DNA of 64,000 bases from Methanomassiliicoccus sp. (GTDB lineage Archaea; Thermoplasmatota; Thermoplasmata; Methanomassiliicoccales; Methanomassiliicoccaceae), in contig JADFDJ010000010.1 in assembly GCA_018262895.1 (NCBI GenBank), positions 17,199 through 81,198 on the forward strand. The letters are read 5' to 3'. The notes below the pieces were generated by a model that ran no database searches, was not told where the DNA came from, and was given only the letters and a program-made list of their open reading frames with translations. Positions within the stretch are counted from its first letter, which is position 1, and each line of letters opens with the position of its first letter. The translations under genes and the position numbers were made by a program. Below, piece by piece: positions 8,698-18,205 of the stretch.

Positions 8698-10839
8698 ATG
8701 ACGGAGCTCAGAGCCCCATACGGTAGCTACAAAGGCCAAATCGCCGAAAGCATGGACATCACTTCCCTTGACGATCCTCGGTTGTTCATCAACAGAGAGC
8801 TCAGCTGGCTCGATTTCAACCGCAGGGTGCTGGAGGAGGCCGAGGACCCTACACAGCCCTTGCTGGAAAGAGCGAAGTTCTTCGCCATCTGCGGCAGCAA
8901 CCTTGACGAGTTCTTCATGTCCCGTGTGCCGGGACTGATCCGCCAGTCCGCCAAGGGAGCGCTGGAGGCACCGGCCGACGGCATGACCCCAGATGAGCAG
9001 CTGGACGCCATCAAGGAGCGTGTGGACTACCTGCTGAAGGAGTACCGTCGGGTCTGGGAGGAGAAGCTCCTTCCAGAGCTGGCCGAGGCGGGGATCCGCA
9101 TACTGCGGATCAGCGAGCTGACTCCGGAAAGGAGGGCCTCGTTGCGCGCCTACTTCGAGCAGAACCTGTTCCCCATACTGACCCCTCTCGCCTTCGACCT
9201 CAACCACCCGTTCCCCTTCATATCGGGAGGGGCGATCAACCTCGCGGTGGTCGTGCGCGACTCCATGGGGCACGAGAAGTTCGCCAGAGTTAAGGTTCCA
9301 GGCGGAGGCCTTCTCCCCAGGCTGGTCAAGCTGGACGATGGGGGCGAGGGGCGTAGGAACGATCTGCAGTACGTTTTCGTCGAGGACCTGGTGGCCTCGA
9401 ACCTGGACATGCTGTTCACCGGGGTGAGGGTGGAGGCCGTGTATCCCTTCCGCGTGACCCGGGACGCGGAGTTCGAGATCGAGCTGGACGAGACCCATGA
9501 CCTCCTGACGGCCATGGAGGAGGGTGTGGAATCTCGGAGGGTGGGCGACTCCTCGCGCCTGGAGGTGGACGTGGAAATGCCTGCTCGCATAGCGGAGATG
9601 CTCGCCTCCAAGCTAGGGCTTGCCCCCAACCTCATCTACCGGTCGCCCATACCGCTAGCGCTTGTGGACCTATGGCAGATGCTCGACGTGCAGCGCCCGG
9701 ACCTCAAGGACGCCCCCTTCCTGCCGTTCACACCGAAGCTCCTGGCCAATGAAAGGACCATCCTGAACAATGTCGCCGAGCGCGATGTGGTGCTCTATCA
9801 CCCTTATGACTCGTTCCAGCCGTTGATCGGAATGCTGCAGCAGGCGGCGGTGGACCCTGACGTCATGGCTATCAAAATCACCTTCTACCGCATCGACCAG
9901 AACTCCCCGCTGGTGGAGGCGCTCATGGAGGCGCGCAGGAACGGCAAGGCCGTGGCCGCGGTCCTGGAGCTCAAGGCGAAGTTCGACGAGACCAACAACA
10001 TATCCTGGGCAAGGCAGCTGGAGCAGGCCGGGGTGCACGTGGTCTACGGTCCGGTGGACATCAAGATACATGCCAAGATGTGCCTCATCGTCAAGAGAGG
10101 ACGGGACGGGCCCATCCGCATCTGCCATCTGTCCTCGGGTAACTACAATTCCAAGACCGCCCGCACTTATGGTGACATCGGGTACCTGACCGCGGACCCG
10201 GAGATAACCGCTGACGTGGCCGACCTGTTCAATGCTCTGACCGGCTACAGCTTGAGAGAAGAGTACAAGAGGATGCTGGTGTCCCCTAACGGTATCAGGA
10301 AGGGCATCGTGGAGAGGATCGATCGGGAGATCGCCAGGCACCAGCAGTACGGCGATGGCTACATAGCCTTCAAGATCAACGCCCTCATCGACAAGGGGAT
10401 CATCCAGGCGCTTTACAGGGCATCGATGGCAGGGGTCAAGATAGACCTGAACGTCAGGGGACTGTGCAGCCTGCGGCCTGGCGTGCCGGGGGTGAGCGAC
10501 AACATCAGGGTGACCTCCATAATATCCAGGTTCCTGGAGCACTCCCGGATCTACTACTTCAGGAACGGCGGAGATAGCGAGGTCCTGCTGGGCTCTTCGG
10601 ACATGATGCCGCGAAACCTGAACCGGAGGGTGGAGATACTCTTTCCCGTGCGGGAGAAGCGTCTGCGCAAGGTCCTGGTGAGGTGCATCCTGGAGGCGCA
10701 TCTCCGCGACAACGTCAAGGCCCGCGAGCTCCTGCCGAGCGGGGAGTGGGCGAGGGTCAAGCTCAAGGAAGACGAGAAGCGGTTCGATTCCCAGGAATGG
10801 CTTCTAGCGAACAGGGGAGCGTGGCATGGGGAAAGGTGA
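8698..10839 (+). CDS. ppk1: polyphosphate kinase 1
   Basis: The N-terminus (FINRELSWLDFNRRVLEEAEDP) and the PLD-like C-terminal domains (KIHAKMCLIV, FLEHSRIYYF) are PPK1 signatures. The track ORF starts at 8557, which lies inside the tRNA-Leu promoter. ATG at 8698 is preceded by GGTGAGGGG and is preferred. Confidence 0.9.
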   Translation: MTELRAPYGSYKGQIAESMDITSLDDPRLFINRELSWLDFNRRVLEEAEDPTQPLLERAKFFAICGSNLDEFFMSRVPGLIRQSAKGALEAPADGMTPDEQLDAIKERVDYLLKEYRRVWEEKLLPELAEAGIRILRISELTPERRASLRAYFEQNLFPILTPLAFDLNHPFPFISGGAINLAVVVRDSMGHEKFARVKVPGGGLLPRLVKLDDGGEGRRNDLQYVFVEDLVASNLDMLFTGVRVEAVYPFRVTRDAEFEIELDETHDLLTAMEEGVESRRVGDSSRLEVDVEMPARIAEMLASKLGLAPNLIYRSPIPLALVDLWQMLDVQRPDLKDAPFLPFTPKLLANERTILNNVAERDVVLYHPYDSFQPLIGMLQQAAVDPDVMAIKITFYRIDQNSPLVEALMEARRNGKAVAAVLELKAKFDETNNISWARQLEQAGVHVVYGPVDIKIHAKMCLIVKRGRDGPIRICHLSSGNYNSKTARTYGDIGYLTADPEITADVADLFNALTGYSLREEYKRMLVSPNGIRKGIVERIDREIARHQQYGDGYIAFKINALIDKGIIQALYRASMAGVKIDLNVRGLCSLRPGVPGVSDNIRVTSIISRFLEHSRIYYFRNGGDSEVLLGSSDMMPRNLNRRVEILFPVREKRLRKVLVRCILEAHLRDNVKARELLPSGEWARVKLKEDEKRFDSQEWLLANRGAWHGER

Positions 10840-13114
10840 GGACCCCGGCCTCTGCCTCCTGGGAGCCACGATGCTTCTGCAGCACGTAGTTGAGCTGGAG
10901 CGGCAGTCCCTAGCCGCCAGGGACATGGACGTCGAGGGGGTGCATCAGATGCGCGTCGCATCCCGCAGGGTGCGTTCCGGGCTACCTATCTTCAGCAGCT
11001 GCTTCAAGAAAAGCCAGTACGATGAATGGAGGAGCGGAATCAAGGGACTAACCAGGGCCCTGGGGGAGGCCCGCGATGCCGACGTCCAGATAGAGTACCT
11101 CCGCGGCCTGCTGGGAAGGAGCGATGAGCTCATCGGTAAGGGTATCTCTCTTCTGCTGGAGAAGAAGCAGGCCCAGCGCCTGGAGCATCAGGCACAGGTG
11201 GTGGCATGCCTGGACGAGATGAGCGGCTCGGGAGTGCTGCAGGACATGGAGGACCGCCTCTCCAGGACGGTTGAGAAGCTGGAGGGAGCAAAGGCGGACG
11301 TCCGGGGCCGGCCCAGTTATGCCGCGGGGTGCGCCCATGCCTCTCTTCGCTTGGCCGAGGTGATGAAGCTGGAACATTGCGTGGCGGACCCACAGGCCAA
11401 GTCCGATCATCACCAGCTGCGTATCGCCGTCAAGAGGCTGCGGTACACGCTGGAGGCGTTCCGGCCCCTGTTCGACGACGAGCTGAAGGGCGAGATACGG
11501 GCCCTCAAGGAAGTCCAGGACCTACTGGGGGAGATGCACGACTGCGACGTCTGGCTCGATGGTCTCGACGCTTCGAGCGAGGTCCTGATGCCCTCAGACA
11601 GTAAGGACGCTTCCACCATCGTGCCCGGCCTGGAGGCCATAAGGTCCGATCGCTCGCAGGAGCGCGAGAGGCTCTACGCTGAGTTCTCTGAGAAATGGCA
11701 AGAGCTGCGTCAGCGGCGGTTCTTCGAGGGCCTCCCCGAAAGGTTCCGCTCCGGCATGTCCGTAGAGGTGACGGCCATCCCCGTGGCGGAGCCTCGGTGT
11801 CCTGTAAAACTGGCGATCATCTCCGACGTCCACGGCAACATGGACGCCCTGCAGGCGGTCCTCGACGATGCCCGCGAGCAGGGCGTGGGATCGTTCATCA
11901 ACCTCGGCGACATGGTGGGCTCGGGGGCTTACCCGGAGGAGGTCGTGAGAGCCCTGAGCGGGGACCATTTCGTTTCCGTGGCAGGCAACTTCGACCTCAA
12001 GGTGCTGAAGAGGTCCCGCTCATCCAAGAGGCCCGAGGCCCGCTCCGTCAAGGAGACCATCATCGCAGCCGCGACAGGCGAGCTCTCCGAGGAGAGCCTG
12101 AAGTTCATCTCCAACCTGCCCAAGGAGCTGAGGTTGGACGTTTGCGGGAAGAGGCTGCTCCTGGTCCACGCCAGCCCGGGCGGTCCCCGGGAGATCCTCG
12201 GTCCGGACGTACCTGAGGAGAGGCTTCGGGAGCTGGGTCGTATCGCCGACGCCGACATCGTCCTGGTGGGCCACTCGCATCGCGCGTTCGTGCGACGCGT
12301 GGACGGCGTGCTCTTCGCCAACCCCGGGAGCGTGGGCCGCCCGGTCGACGGGGACCCCCGGGCCTCATACGCGGTAATTAGCACCGGCGACTTCTCGGTG
12401 GACCTGAGGAGGGTGGAGTACGACGTGGAGGCCGCGGTCCAGGCACCGAGGGAGAAGGGACTGCCGGAGGAGGTGGGGGAGACCCTGCGACGGGGCATCT
12501 CCGGCCGGGACCTGGACCAAGAACGGTGCGGCCCCTTTGGGGACCGGGCATGGTGCCTGGAGAAGATCAGGGGCATCGCCAGGGAGATGAACGTCGATCA
12601 CCCCCACGCCGAGAACGTGCTCCGCCTGGCATCCTCCCTCTTCCGGCAGCTGAAGCCCCTGCACGGTCTGGGTGCCGGGGACCGGTTCCTCCTCGAGGTC
12701 GGCTGCCTGCTTCACGACGTAGGGGCCTCTGAGGGACTGAAAGGACATCACCGGACCGGCTACCGCATGATCCAAGAGACGTACCTCCCCCTCAGCCAGG
12801 AGGAGAGGCACATCGTGGCTTGCCTGGCGAGGTACCATCGCAAGCGCCCACCGCGCAGCGGTGATCCCGAGCTCCTCCCCTTGGACGAGAAGGCCCGCCA
12901 CCGCCTGCTCGCACTCGCCTCCATGCTCCGGATCGCGGACGGCCTCGACTACAGCCACGATGGCGCTGTCAAGGACGTGAGGTGCAGGATATGCCCTGAC
13001 GAGGTTATCTTGAAGGTCCGGCCGTGCGATGGGGCCGTGGACCCGTCTAACCTGAGCCTGAGGAAGAGCGACCTGTTCGAATCGACGTTTGGAAAGAAGG
13101 TTAGGATCTCATGA
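10826..13114 (+). CDS. CHAD domain / calcineurin-like metallophosphoesterase / Ppx-type HD domain fusion protein
   Basis: CHAD motifs at the N-terminus (VHQMRVASRRVRSGLPIF, HQLRIAVKRLRYTLEAFRPLF). MPE motifs in the middle (ISDVHGN, LGDMVG, AGNFD, VHASPG, VGHSH). The C-terminal HD module (HAENVLRLASSLF...LLHDVG...ARYHRKRPPR) is paralogous to the tail of the adjacent Ppx. Overlaps ppk1 by 14 nt and ppx by 4 nt. Confidence 0.8.
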   Translation: MGKGEDPGLCLLGATMLLQHVVELERQSLAARDMDVEGVHQMRVASRRVRSGLPIFSSCFKKSQYDEWRSGIKGLTRALGEARDADVQIEYLRGLLGRSDELIGKGISLLLEKKQAQRLEHQAQVVACLDEMSGSGVLQDMEDRLSRTVEKLEGAKADVRGRPSYAAGCAHASLRLAEVMKLEHCVADPQAKSDHHQLRIAVKRLRYTLEAFRPLFDDELKGEIRALKEVQDLLGEMHDCDVWLDGLDASSEVLMPSDSKDASTIVPGLEAIRSDRSQERERLYAEFSEKWQELRQRRFFEGLPERFRSGMSVEVTAIPVAEPRCPVKLAIISDVHGNMDALQAVLDDAREQGVGSFINLGDMVGSGAYPEEVVRALSGDHFVSVAGNFDLKVLKRSRSSKRPEARSVKETIIAAATGELSEESLKFISNLPKELRLDVCGKRLLLVHASPGGPREILGPDVPEERLRELGRIADADIVLVGHSHRAFVRRVDGVLFANPGSVGRPVDGDPRASYAVISTGDFSVDLRRVEYDVEAAVQAPREKGLPEEVGETLRRGISGRDLDQERCGPFGDRAWCLEKIRGIAREMNVDHPHAENVLRLASSLFRQLKPLHGLGAGDRFLLEVGCLLHDVGASEGLKGHHRTGYRMIQETYLPLSQEERHIVACLARYHRKRPPRSGDPELLPLDEKARHRLLALASMLRIADGLDYSHDGAVKDVRCRICPDEVILKVRPCDGAVDPSNLSLRKSDLFESTFGKKVRIS

Positions 13115-14673
13115 ACAACTGGAACCCCCGCTCCGACCACGTGGTATCGTTCATAGACCTCGGCACCAACTCGGTGCGCATGATGGTGGTGCGCCTCAAC
13201 CCCAACTACTCGTACACGCTTATAAGCCATGAGAAGGAGGTGGTTCGTCTGGGGGAGAGCGAGTTCGGGGACAACACCATCCGTCGGGAGGCCATGGACC
13301 GTACGGTGCTGGTGTGCCAGAAGTTCGTTCAGCTGTCCAAGGCCTACGGTGCGGACGAGATAATCATGATCGCTACCTCAGCTGCGCGGGAGGCCACCAA
13401 CCAGAACGTCCTTGTGGAGCGCATGCGGGAGGAGGCGGGTGTGGAGCTGGGGGTGATCTCAGGGATAGAGGAGGCCCGCCTGATCCACCTGGGGGTAAGC
13501 TCGGGGGTGGACCTGGGTACGAGGGACGCCCTGTTCATCGACATCGGGGGCGGCAGCACGGAGGTCATCATCGGTGACCAGGAACGCTACTCCATGCTCG
13601 ACAGCCTCATGCTGGGGGCCATCAGGACGACCACGATGTTCATCCCCGAGGGGCACAAGGGGCCTGTGGATGAAAACCTGTACAACAAGATGAAGCGCCA
13701 TGCACGGGGGGTCATGGTCCACACGGTCAGGTCAGCGTCCATGGTCAAGTACGACCAGGTCTGGGGAAGCTCGGGCACCGTCGTGAACCTGGCGGAGATG
13801 GCCGCCCGCGCCTACGGCGGGAGGCCGGGCGTACTGCGCTTCAGCCATCTGAAGAAGCTGGCGTCAATGCTGCGGTCCCTGGACCTAGCCTCCAGGAGGC
13901 TGGTTCCGGGCATCAATCCCGAACGGGCGGACATAATCATCGCAGGGGCGGCCATACTTGAGACGTTCATGGAGGAGCTTCACATCGAGGAGCTCAACGT
14001 AAGCGACCGCGGGGTCCTCAACGGAATGCTGGTCGACTACCTTTCGGGCATAGATGGTTACCCTCACGCCCAGCGTATGTCGGTCCGCGAGACCAGCGTG
14101 CTCCAGCTGGGCAGATCGTGCAACTTGGACGAGCAGCATGCGGAGACCGTCATGAGGCTGGCCCTGGAGCTTTTCGACAGCGCCAAGGAGATAGGCCTGC
14201 ACAACCTAGGGGCCAAGGAGAGGGAGCTCCTGGGGTATGCCGCGTACCTCCACGATGTCGGGGACTTCATCTCCTTCGACAACCACCACGCGCACTCCTA
14301 CTACATAGTGAGGAACGCGGACCTGTTGGGCTTCGAGGGCCGGGAGATCGCCATCATGGCCAACCTGGTGCTGTACCATCGGAAGCGCCCGCCCCGCCGC
14401 AAGGACCCGGGAATGGCGGACCTTGACGGACGGACCCAGCAGAACATCATCACCCTGTCCGCGTTCCTGCGATTGGCCGAGACCCTGGACCGGAGCCATG
14501 CAGGCCTGGTGTCCGGGGTGGGGTTCACGAAGAAGGACAAGAGCGAGGTCGTCCTCGAGGTCGTCGCCGAGGTCGACGCCTCTCTGGAGGTTTGGGGACT
14601 GGACGATGATCAGAAGGCTTTCTACAAGGCCTTCGACCGCAGCCTCAGGGTCAGGGTCCGAGGGGCCGCATAA
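13111..14673 (+). CDS. ppx: exopolyphosphatase / guanosine pentaphosphate phosphohydrolase (Ppx/GppA family with HD tail)
   Basis: ASKHA-fold N-terminus (FIDLGTNSVRMMV, FIDIGGGSTEV). C-terminal HD domain (HAETVMRLALELF...YLHDVGDFIS...LYHRKRPPRRKD). Confidence 0.9.
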   Translation: MNNWNPRSDHVVSFIDLGTNSVRMMVVRLNPNYSYTLISHEKEVVRLGESEFGDNTIRREAMDRTVLVCQKFVQLSKAYGADEIIMIATSAAREATNQNVLVERMREEAGVELGVISGIEEARLIHLGVSSGVDLGTRDALFIDIGGGSTEVIIGDQERYSMLDSLMLGAIRTTTMFIPEGHKGPVDENLYNKMKRHARGVMVHTVRSASMVKYDQVWGSSGTVVNLAEMAARAYGGRPGVLRFSHLKKLASMLRSLDLASRRLVPGINPERADIIIAGAAILETFMEELHIEELNVSDRGVLNGMLVDYLSGIDGYPHAQRMSVRETSVLQLGRSCNLDEQHAETVMRLALELFDSAKEIGLHNLGAKERELLGYAAYLHDVGDFISFDNHHAHSYYIVRNADLLGFEGREIAIMANLVLYHRKRPPRRKDPGMADLDGRTQQNIITLSAFLRLAETLDRSHAGLVSGVGFTKKDKSEVVLEVVAEVDASLEVWGLDDDQKAFYKAFDRSLRVRVRGAA

Positions 14674-14706
14674 CGGTTATTGCCTTGGCGATGCATAGCG
14701 GAGACC

Positions 14707-15162
14707 ATGAACGCTCCGCTGAAGGAGTATCAGGCCAAGCGAGACTTCTCCCGTACTCCAGAACCGGCGTCCGGCGGGGAGTCGGACGAGCCTTTCTTCG
14801 TGGTGCATGACCATCATGCATCCAGCCACCATCATGATCTCCGCCTCCTGCTGGACGGGACCCTGAAGAGCTGGGCGGTCCCCAAGGGAGTGCCGGAGGA
14901 GCTAAAGGTCAAGAGGCTGGCGGTGCAGACCGAGGACCATCCTGTCTCCTATGGGGATTTCGAGGGCGAGATCCCGGAGGGCGAGTACGGTGCGGGGAGG
15001 GTGGAGATCTTCGACAAGGGGGGGTTCCAGCTCCTCGAGAGGAGGGAGGATACCATAGTCTTCAAGCTGGACGGAAAGAGGCTGAAGGGGACCTATGCCT
15101 TGGTGAGGTTCAAGGGGAAGGAGTCATCAGCGAAGAACTGGCTGGTCATGAGAATAAAGTGA
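14707..15162 (+). CDS. stand-alone LigD-type 3'-phosphoesterase (PE) domain protein
   Basis: LKEYQAKRDFSRTPEP, FVVHDHHASSHHHDLRL, SWAVPKGVP, AVQTEDHPVSYGDFEGEIPEGEYGAG and GTYALVRF match the LigD PE domain as I recall it. The track start at 14680 is shortened to ATG at 14707. The gene lies 33 nt after the ppx stop on the same strand. Confidence 0.8.
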   Translation: MNAPLKEYQAKRDFSRTPEPASGGESDEPFFVVHDHHASSHHHDLRLLLDGTLKSWAVPKGVPEELKVKRLAVQTEDHPVSYGDFEGEIPEGEYGAGRVEIFDKGGFQLLERREDTIVFKLDGKRLKGTYALVRFKGKESSAKNWLVMRIK

Positions 15163-15200
15163 AGAAAACTGAGAAAATGGTTTGGTAAGAAAGGGGGCGC

Positions 15201-15413
15201 TTACTTCTTCATTATCTTCATCCAGCCGCCGCTCTCGAAGACACCCAGTCCTCTGGACTTGAGGGTCTTCTCGAACTCATCCCAGGGGATGATCTCCAAG
15301 CGGTCGTTGGATCCCTTGGTGAACTGAATTCCGTTCGTTCCCTTTACCCTTCCGGGCTTGAGACCTTTCTTCTTAGCGATTTCCTTGGCCTTATCGACGT
15401 TAATCTGCTCCAT
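15201..15413 (-). CDS. small hypothetical protein (70 aa)
   Basis: The ORF runs to 15488 in the track, but ATG at 15413 is preceded by GGAGGG (15426-15431). The product (MEQINVDKAKEIAKKKGLKPGRVKGTNGIQFTKGSNDRLEIIPWDEFEKTLKSRGLGVFESGGWMKIMKK) is basic and soluble. No family recognised. Confidence 0.45.
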   Translation of the reverse strand: MEQINVDKAKEIAKKKGLKPGRVKGTNGIQFTKGSNDRLEIIPWDEFEKTLKSRGLGVFESGGWMKIMKK

Positions 15414-15675
15414 GACCAATGATTTCCCTCCTAGTTCGTTGTGGGCGATGATGGCCATACGACCCAGATAGTAATGGCTAGGACGCATATATAATATTTA
15501 TCCTATAATGTTGACGAGCCAGTATCCAAAATAGTAGGTGAAAGGGGGGCAATCAACGCTTTTTTTGGTAGAAAAATGAAAATGCCTGGCCATATTATCT
15601 ATAAAATTATAACCGATAATTTGGTCATCAATAGTTTTATTCCTGTTCTGTATGCTTCTGGAACGGCTTGATATC

Positions 15676-16977
15676 ATGTCCTTGTTCGGATCATCGGGAA
15701 TAAGAGGGGTCATCGGTCAGGATTTCACTCCGGACCTAGCGGTCAGCATCAGCGAGGCGGTCGCCAGCAACAACCATGAGATCGTGATAGGTCGGGACAC
15801 GAGGACCACCGGCCCGATGGTGTCCCAGGCGCTTATCGCTGGGGCCACCTCCATGGGAGCGAACGTCCACGATGCGGGAATGGTGTCCACCCCCACCCTG
15901 GCCCGGGAGGCCACAGGGTTCGACTGCGGCATAATGGTCACCGCCTCCCATAATCCATCTCAATATAATGGTGTGAAGCTGTGGAACCCCGACGGCTCGG
16001 CCTTCGACACCCCCCAGATGACCGAGGTGGAGAACAGGATAATCTCCAGGGCCTACGAGCCCAAGAGCTGGCGCCATGTGGGAACGACATTTATCCTGGA
16101 GGGAGCGCTGGAGCGGCACGTGGAGGCGATAGCCAAGGCCCTGGGCACCGCGTCCGCCCAGGTGGTCCTGGACTGCGGCTGCGGGGCCACCTTCGAGGTC
16201 AGCCCCCGGGCCCTGAGGACCCTGGGTTGCCGGCTCACCACGCTGAACTGCCAGGCCGATGGTTTCTTCCCTGGACGTACCCCCGAGCCCACCGAGGACC
16301 AGCTGCAGGACCTGAAGGAGCTGGTGCTGAAGAAGGGGGCGGACGTGGGGATCGCCCACGACGGCGACGGGGACCGAATGGTGGCGGTGGACGACCGAGG
16401 CAGGTTCATCGACGGCGACCGCCTCATAGCCCTGTTCGCAAGCTCCCTGAAGGTGAAGGGAGTGGTCGCACCTATGGACGCCTCCATGGTTCTGGATGAT
16501 CTGGTAGGCAAGGTCGTGAGGTGCAAGGTAGGCGACGTGTACGTGGCCGAAGCGCTGAAGCAGCACTCCCTGGACTTCGGAGGGGAGCCATCCGGCACCT
16601 ACATATTCCCCAAGGAGACGTACTGCCCTGACGGAGTTTACGCCGGCGCCCTGCTGGCTAAGATGGCCTCGGAGCAGAAGCTGTCCGAGGTGGTCGATGC
16701 CCTGCCTTCCTATCCGGCTAGGAGAACGTCCCACCAGTTCGAGGCCCGCGCCCGGCGGGAGGTGGAGGAGCGCCTGGCCTCTGCCGCCGCGCAGCTGGAC
16801 TGCGACCGCATGCTTACATTGGACGGCTTCCGTGCGGAGTACCCTGACGGGTGGTTCCTGGTGAGATTGTCGGGAACGGAGCCCAAGCTGCGGGTCACCG
16901 TGGAGGCCCGGGACCGTGCGGAACTGGAGAGGCTCTCGAAAATCGCCTCGGAGATGGTCGGGAGGTGCCTGAGATGA
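15676..16977 (+). CDS. glmM: phosphoglucosamine mutase / phosphomannomutase family (archaeal GlmM-like)
   Basis: MSLFGSSGIRGV N-terminus, active-site loop TASHNPSQYNGVK and metal loop GIAHDGDGDR. Its stop overlaps the start of the following NTP-transferase (ATGA). Confidence 0.85.
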   Translation: MSLFGSSGIRGVIGQDFTPDLAVSISEAVASNNHEIVIGRDTRTTGPMVSQALIAGATSMGANVHDAGMVSTPTLAREATGFDCGIMVTASHNPSQYNGVKLWNPDGSAFDTPQMTEVENRIISRAYEPKSWRHVGTTFILEGALERHVEAIAKALGTASAQVVLDCGCGATFEVSPRALRTLGCRLTTLNCQADGFFPGRTPEPTEDQLQDLKELVLKKGADVGIAHDGDGDRMVAVDDRGRFIDGDRLIALFASSLKVKGVVAPMDASMVLDDLVGKVVRCKVGDVYVAEALKQHSLDFGGEPSGTYIFPKETYCPDGVYAGALLAKMASEQKLSEVVDALPSYPARRTSHQFEARARREVEERLASAAAQLDCDRMLTLDGFRAEYPDGWFLVRLSGTEPKLRVTVEARDRAELERLSKIASEMVGRCLR

Positions 16978-18200
16978 AGGCCCTGGTCCTGGCCGCGGGA
17001 GAGGGCACCAGGCTGCGCCCCCTCACCACCAACACGCCCAAGCCCCTCCTCCTGGTGGCGGGCAGGCCGTTCATGTCCCACGTCCTTGAGGCCCTCTCGG
17101 CCCTGGACGTGAAGGACATCTACATCCTTGTAGGCTGGAAGGCGAACAAGATCAAGGAGTACTACGGTGACGGCTCCCGGCTGGGGCTCCGGATCAAGTA
17201 CCTGGAGCAGAGGGAGAGGATGGGTACCGCCCACGCCATCGGATGCGCCGACGGCTCCATCGATGAGCCGTTTGTTTGCATCAATGGTGACGTGATCATC
17301 TTCCAGGACGACATCAAGAGCATGATCGATAAGCACGCGTCCACGGGAGGGCACGTCATGGGAACGGTCGCGGTGGAGCGCCCCGAGCGCTTCGGTGTCA
17401 TCGAGGCCAGCGGCGACCGACTGGTGCGCATACATGAGAAGCCAAAGGTCCCTCCCACGAAGATGATCAATGCCGGGGCCTTCATCTTCAACCCCGACAT
17501 ATTCGACGCCATCAAGGCGACGCCCAAGTCCGTCCGTGGAGAGTACGAGATCACCGATACCCTGAACTCCCTGGCCGAGAACAGCGGCGTGCACATCGAG
17601 GAGCTGAAGCATGGGTGGATGGACGTGGGCCTCCCCTGGGACCTCCTGAGGGCGAACGAGATCCTAATGGCCCGCCTCCGGGGACGGGTCGAGGGCACCG
17701 TCGAACCAGGCGCGGTGCTGCAGGGCGAGGTGGTGGTGGAAAAGGGGGCGCGGATCAGAAGCGGCACCTACATCGAGGGGCCCACATACATATCCGAGGG
17801 CTGCGACATCGGTCCCAACTGTTACATTCGCGCCTCCACCTGCCTGGGCCCGGGCGTGAGGGTGGGCGCGTCGGTGGAGGTGAAGAACTCCATCGTCATG
17901 TCCAAGACCCACGTGCCCCACCACAACTACGTCGGCGACAGCATCCTGGGGGAGAGGTGCAACCTGGGCGCGGGCACCAAGGTGGCCAACCTGCGCTTCG
18001 ATGACAAGCCCGTCAAGGTCACCTTCAAGGGGGAGCTCATCGACTCGGGCCGGAGGAAGCTAGGAGTGATCATGGGGGATGATGTCAAGACCGGCATCAA
18101 TGCCATGATCGACCCAGGCACCATCGTGTTCGAGAACTCCATAATCGGACCGGGAGCCATCGCCCACGGGAACGTAGGTCCTGGAAGCCGGATACTGTAA
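16974..18200 (+). CDS. glmU: bifunctional sugar-1-phosphate nucleotidyltransferase / acetyltransferase (archaeal GlmU-like, NTP_transferase + LbH)
   Basis: MKALVLAAGEGTRLRPLT N-terminus. The C-terminal half consists of hexapeptide repeats (IGPNCYIRASTCLGPGVRVGASVEVKNSIV...). The track start at 16851 is an in-frame extension over glmM; ATG at 16974 is used instead. Confidence 0.8.
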   Translation: MKALVLAAGEGTRLRPLTTNTPKPLLLVAGRPFMSHVLEALSALDVKDIYILVGWKANKIKEYYGDGSRLGLRIKYLEQRERMGTAHAIGCADGSIDEPFVCINGDVIIFQDDIKSMIDKHASTGGHVMGTVAVERPERFGVIEASGDRLVRIHEKPKVPPTKMINAGAFIFNPDIFDAIKATPKSVRGEYEITDTLNSLAENSGVHIEELKHGWMDVGLPWDLLRANEILMARLRGRVEGTVEPGAVLQGEVVVEKGARIRSGTYIEGPTYISEGCDIGPNCYIRASTCLGPGVRVGASVEVKNSIVMSKTHVPHHNYVGDSILGERCNLGAGTKVANLRFDDKPVKVTFKGELIDSGRRKLGVIMGDDVKTGINAMIDPGTIVFENSIIGPGAIAHGNVGPGSRIL

Positions 18201-18205
18201 TGTGC

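Noticed and set aside
9670-10701. 343-aa antisense ORF inside ppk1. Similar long antisense or out-of-frame ORFs occur at 8683-9498, 15736-16734, 16710-17612, 37278-38213, 43642-44247, 44244-45032, 46866-47627, 48400-49287, 49454-50422, 51199-52014, 52285-53505 and 60576-61547.
   Set aside because: All lie opposite or out of frame to genes with unmistakable family motifs. Their products are low-complexity Arg/Gly/Pro/His-rich strings, as expected from stop-poor frames in ~60% GC DNA. They are shadows, not genes.
16851-16973. 41-codon N-terminal extension of the GlmU-like gene in the track.
   Set aside because: It overlaps the glmM 3' end. The family N-terminus MKALVLAAGEGTRL starts exactly at ATG 16974, which overlaps the glmM stop.
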